Origin: Candidatus Spechtbacteria bacterium
Lineage (GTDB): Bacteria; Patescibacteriota; Minisyncoccia; Spechtbacterales; JACPHP01
Direction of reading: 5' to 3'
DNA: 64,000 nucleotides
Assembly (NCBI GenBank): GCA_016188605.1
Contig: JACPHP010000009.1
Coordinates: forward strand, 24,786-88,785
The notes under the pieces are model-generated. The model had not been told where the DNA came from. It saw nothing but the letters and a program-made list of their open reading frames with translations, and did no database searches. Below, in pieces: positions 35,837-43,693 of this stretch (positions are counted from its first letter, which is position 1; each line of letters starts with the position of its first letter). The translations under genes and the position numbers were made by a program.

Positions 35837-36600
35837 TATATATGTGGTCAACGATTACAAATACATTATATGGCTTCTTTCATCCTGTTCTAATACAGCC
35901 GCTTTTTAATCTTCTCATTGTAATTTATATTGTTTTTCCAATAAAAGATCTTGGCATCGCTATTATTTTAATGACATTATTTGTGCGCGCTGTGACATAC
36001 CCCCTCTCTCAGAAGGTTGCCGTTTCACAAAAAAAACTTTCCTTACTTCAGCCCCAAATAAAGGAAATTGAAAAAAAATACGCGCACGACAATGAGGTAA
36101 AAACTAAGGCGATGATGAATTTTTATAAAGAGAACGATGCCAATCCATTTAGCGGCTGTTTTCCAACAATAATACAACTTGTTTTATTTATAGGTTTATA
36201 TTATATGCTGCAGGAGAGTATGGCGCCCCAAAATACTTTTGGTGATTTATATTCATTTATTCCCGCGCCTACAACGCTAAATACCAATTTTCTTGGGATT
36301 ATAGACATAACTCATTCAAACAAAGTGCTTGCCATTCTTGTTGGTGTAGCAACATATCTACAATCAAAAGTGACATTTAATCAAAAGAAACACATTGGCG
36401 CGCAAGAGACAAAGAGTAGCGAACCAGATATTCAAAAAATTATTGGAATGCAAATGGTGTATTTTCTTCCTATTTTTATAGGTTTTATTGCATGGACTCT
36501 TCCGGCGGGGCTGTCATTGTATTGGATAACAACAACGCTATTTTCTTTTATTCAACAATATAGTATAAATAAGAGATTCAATGTAGGGTTGGGTGCGTAA
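35821..36600 (+). CDS. yidC: YidC/Oxa1-family membrane protein insertase (short form)
   Basis: 259 aa with 5 TM helices, directly after yidD. Conserved ...LLQPQIKEIEKKY... region. Confidence 0.8.
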   Translation: MPAFLIYMWSTITNTLYGFFHPVLIQPLFNLLIVIYIVFPIKDLGIAIILMTLFVRAVTYPLSQKVAVSQKKLSLLQPQIKEIEKKYAHDNEVKTKAMMNFYKENDANPFSGCFPTIIQLVLFIGLYYMLQESMAPQNTFGDLYSFIPAPTTLNTNFLGIIDITHSNKVLAILVGVATYLQSKVTFNQKKHIGAQETKSSEPDIQKIIGMQMVYFLPIFIGFIAWTLPAGLSLYWITTTLFSFIQQYSINKRFNVGLGA

Positions 36601-36681
36601 AGCACCACGCGGTGCGGGGCGTTTGTGCAAAGAGGGCGCGGTCCTCCACCGAGAGTTTTACACAATTAGCAATTCTGTTTT

Positions 36682-37137
36682 ATGGAGACGGATGAATTGG
36701 TAAAAAAAGAAGCACACACGCTACTTTCCCATATGGGATATGTGTGTGTTGCTCCAACGGAAGTAAAGGAGCGTGAAAATCGCGTATCTATTTCGCTTTC
36801 AATTGAGCGTCCTCACGAACTTATTGGAGAACGCGGCGCTACTCTTAACGCGCTTCAGCATATTATTCGTTTATGTGTTGTAAAGAAATATAATATTCAC
36901 ATACCCATAGACATTGATATTAATAACTATAAAAAGAAAAGAGAAGAATTTCTTCAAGAATTTGCAAAACAAATCGGGGAACGAGTTAGGATGACGAAAA
37001 ATGAGATGGAGCTTGAACCCATGTCCCCCTTTGATCGTCGGGTAATACACTGTACTCTTGCGGAGTATTCTGACTTAATAACGGAAAGCAAAGGAGAAAA
37101 CGAGAGTCGTCATATTGTCGTGCGCTTCTTTTCTTAA
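36682..37137 (+). CDS. Jag/KhpB-like RNA-binding protein (KH/R3H)
   Basis: R3H-like C-terminus FDRRVIHCTLAEYSDLITESKGENESRHIVV. Position after yidC. Confidence 0.7.
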   Translation: METDELVKKEAHTLLSHMGYVCVAPTEVKERENRVSISLSIERPHELIGERGATLNALQHIIRLCVVKKYNIHIPIDIDINNYKKKREEFLQEFAKQIGERVRMTKNEMELEPMSPFDRRVIHCTLAEYSDLITESKGENESRHIVVRFFS

Positions 37138-37155
37138 TTATGTGATACATTTTAA

Positions 37156-38628
37156 ATGCGATTCAATAATCTAAACCTAACCCAGCGCATTACTTTAAAT
37201 ACTATTGCGGCTGTCGGTGTTCGAGTTGCGGGAGGTTTTTTTGCGCTTTTAATAGTAGGCATCACAACACGCGCCCTTGGTCTTGATGGATTTGGCGAGT
37301 ATTCTACGGTAATTGCGTATCTCTCCACAGTTGGTATTTTTGTTGATCTGGGGCTTTACACCTTGATGACGCGCGAGATCTCGTCTGTAGAAGATAAAAA
37401 CGAGGAGAAGAAAATTGTAAGCTATTTTTTCACTCTGCGCCTGGCGCTCGCGGTGATTTTTTTTGTTCTGGCCGTGGCAGGATCGTTTTTATTTCCATAT
37501 ACCACCGCGGTGAAAATTGGAATTATTATTACATCAAGCGGGTATATTTTTCTTTCGCTATCGCAGGTGTTAATGGGAGTTTTTCAAAAATATCTTCATA
37601 TTGAGAAAGCAAGTATAGCGGAGCTTGTTGGGCGTGTCGTTCAGCTTATTTTTGTTTCACTTTTCTTTATACTCGGCGGCGAATTATTTGCGTATTTGTG
37701 GGCCGTGGTATTTGGAACCTTTGCGACTCTCGTGGCCAATATATTTTTTGCTAGAAAGTTTGTAGCTTTTGGGTTAGCCATATCTATTCCCTATTGGCGT
37801 AAGACACTCGTTACAACACTGCCGATCGCAATCTCTTTATTATTTATTCTGCTCTATTTTAAAATCGACGCGATTATTCTTTCTTTAATAAAATCTCCAA
37901 GAGATGTCGGAATATATAGCGTGGCATACAAAACACTGGAAACATTAATTTTTTTCCCTGCTATGTTCGTAGGAATTACAATGCCAATACTATCCCGCGC
38001 CGCGGTAAATAAGGACGAGTTTTCTCGGACGTTTCAACGTGTATTTAATGCTTTGGTTATAAGCGCGCTGCCTATTGTTGTGGGTGGCATTCTGACCGCC
38101 TCTTCAATAGTAAATATTATAGGAGGATATCAATTTTTACTTTCAACCCTGCCACTTCAAGTGCTTTTTCTTGCCGTAGGAATAATATTCTTTGGGACCC
38201 TAGCTGGAAGCAGCGTTGTTGCTCTTAACATACAAAAAAGAGCAATGTGGATTTATTTCTTAGGAATGGTTTTTAATGTAATTGCTAATTTGATACTAAT
38301 CCCATCATATTCATACATGGCAGCTGCTTGGACGACTGTGATAACCGAGCTTATTGTAACCGCAATGCTTTTCTGGCTTATTTGGAGCAATATACGCGTT
38401 TTTCCAAAGTTTCGCGTATTATGGCGTAGCGCGCCGGCGGCTATTGCGACGGGTATATTTATATATATTTTTACTAACCCCATTAGCCAGCCGATGTCGG
38501 TGTGGTATTTTATACTTATTATCGGGTTTGCTAGCGCAATCTATGGATCGTTGCTTGTTCTGTTTAGAGCAATAACAAAAGATGATTTGAGATTGCTTAA
38601 TATATACAGAAGCCCCAAATCCCAATGA
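37156..38628 (+). CDS. MOP-superfamily flippase (Wzx/MurJ-like polysaccharide biosynthesis protein)
   Basis: 490 aa with about 14 TM helices. N-terminal pattern TIAAVGVRVAGGFFALLIVGITTRALG...FGEYS typical of PF01943-type flippases. Confidence 0.6.
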   Translation: MRFNNLNLTQRITLNTIAAVGVRVAGGFFALLIVGITTRALGLDGFGEYSTVIAYLSTVGIFVDLGLYTLMTREISSVEDKNEEKKIVSYFFTLRLALAVIFFVLAVAGSFLFPYTTAVKIGIIITSSGYIFLSLSQVLMGVFQKYLHIEKASIAELVGRVVQLIFVSLFFILGGELFAYLWAVVFGTFATLVANIFFARKFVAFGLAISIPYWRKTLVTTLPIAISLLFILLYFKIDAIILSLIKSPRDVGIYSVAYKTLETLIFFPAMFVGITMPILSRAAVNKDEFSRTFQRVFNALVISALPIVVGGILTASSIVNIIGGYQFLLSTLPLQVLFLAVGIIFFGTLAGSSVVALNIQKRAMWIYFLGMVFNVIANLILIPSYSYMAAAWTTVITELIVTAMLFWLIWSNIRVFPKFRVLWRSAPAAIATGIFIYIFTNPISQPMSVWYFILIIGFASAIYGSLLVLFRAITKDDLRLLNIYRSPKSQ

Positions 38629-38692
38629 CCAATGTTGTTGCCACGCAATTTTACGTTAGGCATTTGTGTTTGGTCGCCGGGATTTATAGGTT

Positions 38693-39934
38693 ATGCTATC
38701 CATGCAAACATTTACCATTCTAATAATATTGTTTTTTTCTGCGGTCGCTTTATATAAGAGGCAGTGGGGTTTATATCTGTTTGTATTTCTATTGCCGCTA
38801 TATATTTTTCGCATTGATGTGCAGGTATTTAACACCGGAAGGATGGTAGCGTTATCTATAAGCGAAATATTATTCTACATACTTACAATCATAGTATTGA
38901 TAAGAGATTGGCGCGAAGCGGGTAGAAAAATGAGAGAATTAATTATTAGAGAGAAGCTTTTATTGTTAGGTATTTTATATCTTTTATCTGGTGTTTTTGT
39001 TGGTGTGTGGCAGAGCAACAATGCCCTACAGACGGTGGGTATCTTGCGTGGCTGGATTATAGCACCAACGGCACTGTTCTTTATATCCATAATAATCAGA
39101 GCCAATAAGGAATATATTGCAAGGGCGCTTGCGGTCAGCGCGTCGTTTGTTGCCGCGGCAAGTTTTTTTGCGCCCCACGCCTTTAATGCAGACGTAAGGC
39201 TGCAGGGTTTCCTTGGGTCTCCTAATTACTTGGCTATGTATCTCGCCCCCCTATTGCCTTTTATACTATACGAAATTTTTAAATGTATTAGAGATAAAAA
39301 ACCTTTTATAACATCTGCTTTTTGGGTGGCAGGTTGCGCGGTGACCACAACAGCAATATTTTTTTCATTTTCACAAGGGGCATGGCTTGGGATTGTTGCG
39401 GCGCTTGTTGTTGCGGCGTTGTGGTATGCTAAAAAAAGATTTTCAACAAATGCCATTATTATCGCAATGTTTTTTATAATTTTATTTAGTGAGTTTATTG
39501 GGCAGTCGTTTTTACAAGACTCCATTGCTTCTTCGTTGAAATCTCGCGCTGGGCTGTGGGAGGCCGCGTGGAACATCGGCGTCTCCCATCCCCTATTTGG
39601 TATTGGCGCCGGCATGTTCCCCGAAGCCTATAAGATTCAAAAACACATTGTGCTTTACCCCACCAGCATGGAAACAGCGTTGCACCCACATAATATTTTT
39701 CTATCTTTTTGGCTTTACGGCGGATTACTAGGAATGCTTGGTTTTGGGATTATTCTTATTTGGCTCGCTAAAAAATTATATATAAGGCTTTTAGAAAAAG
39801 AAAAAAACAGCGCTATGTTATATGGCGCTGTTGCCGCGGCGTTTATCATTATATTAGTTCACGGGCTAGTAGATACCACCTATTGGAAAAACGATCTGGC
39901 GTTTATGTGGTGGATTCTACTGGCTATGGTGTAG
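38693..39934 (+). CDS. O-antigen ligase / Wzy_C-family polytopic membrane protein
   Basis: 413 aa with about 10-12 TM helices. Central loop ...SFSQGAWLGIVAAL... as in O-antigen ligase-like proteins. Family recall only. Confidence 0.45.
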   Translation: MLSMQTFTILIILFFSAVALYKRQWGLYLFVFLLPLYIFRIDVQVFNTGRMVALSISEILFYILTIIVLIRDWREAGRKMRELIIREKLLLLGILYLLSGVFVGVWQSNNALQTVGILRGWIIAPTALFFISIIIRANKEYIARALAVSASFVAAASFFAPHAFNADVRLQGFLGSPNYLAMYLAPLLPFILYEIFKCIRDKKPFITSAFWVAGCAVTTTAIFFSFSQGAWLGIVAALVVAALWYAKKRFSTNAIIIAMFFIILFSEFIGQSFLQDSIASSLKSRAGLWEAAWNIGVSHPLFGIGAGMFPEAYKIQKHIVLYPTSMETALHPHNIFLSFWLYGGLLGMLGFGIILIWLAKKLYIRLLEKEKNSAMLYGAVAAAFIIILVHGLVDTTYWKNDLAFMWWILLAMV

Positions 39935-39936
39935 CT

Positions 39937-40689
39937 CTACGGAACTTGAATTTGATTAATATCAAGTATGGGCATGCGAATATCAAGCGTGGCAGGGTCA
40001 AATCCCTTTGAGCGAATCCAATCAAGCGCAAGACCTTCTTGCCCCTGCAGCTCGTCAAAAATCTCTTGGCGAGTTTTTAGTCGGTCTGCCGAATCAGAAG
40101 GAATATTTACTGATATAAGATAATGCGCTTTTAAGTTTGCTTCATCTGACACCCCATAATCAACATGGAATCCGTCTGATTCATGTGGTAGTAATCGTAG
40201 TAACGGATTAGCCTCCTCAAGGCGTTTTTGAAAATCTATTAATTGCGAATAACCAAGTTTATTGTACTCATAGGACTGCTTGGTATTAGAGAATCCTCTA
40301 ACTACGATTGGCGTTTGGTCTGAGGTTCTGAATTGTAGATTTCCTCGCACAGCACGGTTTAAAGGATTAAATCCTCGAGTATTTAACGAAATAGAGAAAT
40401 CTGTATTTAGTGAAAGATTTGGAACTGGAGTTATGGTAATATTGGGTCCACTTGTAGATATTCTTGCAAACTTAAGCATGTCTGGGTAATTACTTTGTAT
40501 TTGCCCGATAATATTATTCGGCAAAGAGCTACTAAATGTCATAATGATTTCAATATCGGGTGAGGTGGATACGTTTTTTGTCTCTGGAAAAGAAGAAACA
40601 AGCGTGATTGGCCACAGCAACTGTGTCAGTACGAGAGAGAGAACATATAAGAGTATCAATACCGGTAGTACTAATAAAAATCTTTTCAT
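39937..40689 (-). CDS. Hypothetical N-terminally anchored extracytoplasmic protein; last gene of the T4SS-like cluster (VirB8-like topology?)
   Basis: The ORF-track start at 40752 overlaps the upstream gene; the ATG at 40689 (MKRFLLVLPVLILLYVL...) gives a single N-terminal TM segment plus a domain of about 230 aa. No motif recognised. Confidence 0.35.
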   Translation of the reverse strand: MKRFLLVLPVLILLYVLSLVLTQLLWPITLVSSFPETKNVSTSPDIEIIMTFSSSLPNNIIGQIQSNYPDMLKFARISTSGPNITITPVPNLSLNTDFSISLNTRGFNPLNRAVRGNLQFRTSDQTPIVVRGFSNTKQSYEYNKLGYSQLIDFQKRLEEANPLLRLLPHESDGFHVDYGVSDEANLKAHYLISVNIPSDSADRLKTRQEIFDELQGQEGLALDWIRSKGFDPATLDIRMPILDINQIQVP

Positions 40690-40700
40690 AAGCGCACTAT

Positions 40701-42212
40701 TTAATTGCCAAACCCTATATAGCGATATGCATGCGTCATTCTTGATTGCCAACGATCAGGTCCGGTAGGAAGATAATTCTCTAAAGAAGCTTGCCATTCC
40801 CTTCTAACAACGCCATCAGCCCCCACTGGGTCGTCGAGCCAAATTGCAACATGTCCATCTGGCCCCCAACCATTGTTTGTAGGAAATAAAATATCACCCG
40901 GCCTTAATTGGCTAGAATCAGTTATGTTAACAAATTGAAAGTTCGGATTATTCTTAAGATAATCCTCTTGTGTTGGCGTGCCAATATCGGGAAAACTAGG
41001 ATCAATTGTTGCCTTTACAACGCTAGCTACGTAAATACCACAATCAGCACCATAGAAATTTGTTGCAGTCTTAAGGTAGAGTGGTTCTGCGTGAATATAA
41101 AGCTGGTGTTCGGGAGCGCTGGGATTAAGTGTTTGTTGGAAGGGTTTTATGGCAAATCCACGAGCAACGCGCGCGAAGTCGGTATACGTGGTTCCTCCAA
41201 CCACTCCCCCGCCAATTCCAGCACTTCCTCCAACCCCACCATAATACTGAAGCTTTATACTTGATACATCATTATCCCAATGATCAATAATACAACCATC
41301 CGTAAGGCAAATTAGATTGAAGTTAATAAATAATATTCCTGCCTTGTTTCTACTATCTCCGGTTACTTTAGATAAACAGTCCTGCGTTACGTTGCTGTCT
41401 AGAAACTTTTGTTTGCACGTATAAGTTGTGCCATGAACTGTTACTTCTATCCATCCTTTGGCCGGCTGGCCAGTATTGTTATTTGGATACTGGAAAAAAG
41501 TTGCCTTAGTATTTCCGGTAACAACTGCCATCTGAACCTTGCCATCATAATTACCCACAATGTTTCCAGCAGAATCAATAATTGGTAGGTTGTATAAATT
41601 TTCATTTCCCGGGATACTAATTGCAGTTGGGCAATTTTTTGTTATGTCAAAGGGTGGCGTGCCGTCTAATCTAGACAGGTCGTGTAATGCGTAAATGCAT
41701 ACGCCGTTTTGTAATCCTTGCGTCCCGCCTCCTACCGCGCCGGAAAGGGTTGGGAAGTCGGGATTGCTGCAAGCCGGCATGCCCGGAGCGCCGCATATTT
41801 TAAACGAACTTTCGCTCGGTGTAAGCAACTGCGGATTGATATTGGCAAGTAAAATATATGATCCGAGCAAGATTACCATGCCAACAAGAACATCGCGAAT
41901 GCGCTGCTGTGCTTTAAGCCGTTTCCACGGCGAGCCGGTTGAGGTGGCGAGCGTAAACATGGCGACCAGCAGCGCGCCCAACGCCATAAGCCCAGCAAGC
42001 CATAGCGCGCCGGCAAAAGCAAACTGCAAAATCTGCGGAATAGTTATACCGCCGGCGATTTGGTCTAGCGTGTTAAGTGTTTGGGGCAGATCTCCAAATC
42101 CGGGAATATGTGGGTATTGTAGTTCAAGAGCATTCGCCGAAGGCGAATACAAGAATCCCACAACCAAAAAAAGAGCGAAGAAAAATAGTTTTTGTAAAAT
42201 TTTTTTAATCAT
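40701..42212 (-). CDS. Secreted pilin-like (TrbC/VirB2-like two-helix) module fused to a C-terminal CHAP-type peptidoglycan peptidase domain
   Basis: Signal peptide ...SPSANA|LELQYPHIPGFGDL. Two hydrophobic helices (ILQFAFAGALWLAGLMALGALLVAMFTLA / VLVGMVILLGSYILLANINPQL). C-terminal YGADCGIYVA ... PDGHVAIWLDD, a Cys...His pair as in CHAP/NlpC-P60. Paralogous to the next two genes. Confidence 0.5.
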   Translation of the reverse strand: MIKKILQKLFFFALFLVVGFLYSPSANALELQYPHIPGFGDLPQTLNTLDQIAGGITIPQILQFAFAGALWLAGLMALGALLVAMFTLATSTGSPWKRLKAQQRIRDVLVGMVILLGSYILLANINPQLLTPSESSFKICGAPGMPACSNPDFPTLSGAVGGGTQGLQNGVCIYALHDLSRLDGTPPFDITKNCPTAISIPGNENLYNLPIIDSAGNIVGNYDGKVQMAVVTGNTKATFFQYPNNNTGQPAKGWIEVTVHGTTYTCKQKFLDSNVTQDCLSKVTGDSRNKAGILFINFNLICLTDGCIIDHWDNDVSSIKLQYYGGVGGSAGIGGGVVGGTTYTDFARVARGFAIKPFQQTLNPSAPEHQLYIHAEPLYLKTATNFYGADCGIYVASVVKATIDPSFPDIGTPTQEDYLKNNPNFQFVNITDSSQLRPGDILFPTNNGWGPDGHVAIWLDDPVGADGVVRREWQASLENYLPTGPDRWQSRMTHAYRYIGFGN

Positions 42213-43691
42213 TTATCGTGTTACCGGAGGATTCAAAGGGATTTTCGCTCCATTTGTTCCAAGAGGAACAAAACGATCATAGGTTGCTCCAAAATTTTTT
42301 ATAAAATTTGGATTATTCGCGCATATAAAATTTTGATTGGGACCGCAGAACCAACGTACCCACTCGGCAAAATCATTAGGGTGTTCGTTGTGAGTAAAGT
42401 TGATAAAACAATCAAGCGATTGTTGAAAGGGTACTGTAGATAATACACCGCCCGGAAAACATCCAAACCCGCTGGCCGCATCAACTCCCGGGCTTGATGC
42501 GCCAGACTCCTCGGCCCATATAGAAAAAGCAAAAGCCGGATTTATGGAATTAGCTATAGCGGCATCAATAACCCTTTGTCCTAGCTCTTCAACGCGATTG
42601 TCAGTGAATCCCATTGTGTCTAAAATATTTTTAGCCCTAGCAAGGTCTACTGCAACAGAAGAGTCTGTATGCGATATAGTATACGTGAGGGGCTGTGGAG
42701 GATTGATAACCGCTCCTCCTCCCAATAAACTTACCTTTATACTAGATATATCATCTTCCCAGCGGTCGCCAAAGGAACCACAGCTTGATTCTATACATAT
42801 ATTTTTAAAATTCACGTAAAGCAAACCGCCCTTATTCCTGGGGTCAGAGCCAAGATCGTTTTTACAATCATGTATATCTTGACCTGTATTAGGTTTGCGT
42901 CGGCAAGAGTAGTTGGCGCCATCTTTGATGATTTCTATCCATCCTTTGTCGTCTTGTCCTGCATTGTAGTCTCTGTATTGGTAAAAGGTGGCTTTTGTAG
43001 TAGTGCCTGTAATGATAGCGAAGTATACTTTACCATCCCAATTTAATGGTCCGCTCGATCCTGGTACAATGCGGGGATTATTAGTTAAATCTGCATCACC
43101 GGGCGGGATAATTTGAGCTGGGCAATCTTTTGTGATGTCAAAAGGTGTCCCTAGGTTTATAGGCGTTGTATCTAGCATACACACGCCTGACGTTAGGGAT
43201 AAAGTTGGGTCTATTTCGCTTCCTCCGCCCAATATGTCTGGGAAATCAGGATTCTTGCATTGAATTGTTCCTCCTCTGCCATCGGGCGCGCCACAAATAC
43301 GGAAATACTGGCCACCCAAGGTTAATAATTGGGGGTTAAGAAGGCCAAGGACGATGTATACGCCAAGCAGAATTACCACACCAATCATCACATCCCATAT
43401 TCTATTTTTTGCATTCATTTGTTTCCATGGCGCGCCTTGGGACGTGGCATACATAAATCCTGCTATAATAAGCGCCCCAAACGCCATTAGCCCCGCGATC
43501 CACAGTGAAAAAGCCAGCACGAATTGGACAAGCTGACCAATTCCAAGCGCGCCGCTATTGTAAAGCGTATTTAAATCCCCAAATCCCGGAATGGTGGGAT
43601 ATTGGAGCTCAAGAGCACGCGTGGGGGGAGCAATAACACTGAAAAGAATACTAGCTAAAAATATATATATTTTTTTATTTAGTTTAATCAT
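42213..43691 (-). CDS. Secreted pilin-like module fused to a C-terminal lysozyme-like (GH73/SLT-like) domain candidate
   Basis: Signal peptide ...PPTRA|LELQYPTIPGFGDL. Helices FVLAFSLWIAGLMAFGALIIAGFMYA / VMIGVVILLGVYIVLGLLNPQL. The central region is paralogous to 40701..42212 (TPFDITKDCPA, cysteine pattern). The C-terminal NPAFAFSIWAEESGASSPG resembles the catalytic Glu-Ser-Gly of GH73/GH23. Confidence 0.4.
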   Translation of the reverse strand: MIKLNKKIYIFLASILFSVIAPPTRALELQYPTIPGFGDLNTLYNSGALGIGQLVQFVLAFSLWIAGLMAFGALIIAGFMYATSQGAPWKQMNAKNRIWDVMIGVVILLGVYIVLGLLNPQLLTLGGQYFRICGAPDGRGGTIQCKNPDFPDILGGGSEIDPTLSLTSGVCMLDTTPINLGTPFDITKDCPAQIIPPGDADLTNNPRIVPGSSGPLNWDGKVYFAIITGTTTKATFYQYRDYNAGQDDKGWIEIIKDGANYSCRRKPNTGQDIHDCKNDLGSDPRNKGGLLYVNFKNICIESSCGSFGDRWEDDISSIKVSLLGGGAVINPPQPLTYTISHTDSSVAVDLARAKNILDTMGFTDNRVEELGQRVIDAAIANSINPAFAFSIWAEESGASSPGVDAASGFGCFPGGVLSTVPFQQSLDCFINFTHNEHPNDFAEWVRWFCGPNQNFICANNPNFIKNFGATYDRFVPLGTNGAKIPLNPPVTR

Positions 43692-43693
43692 AT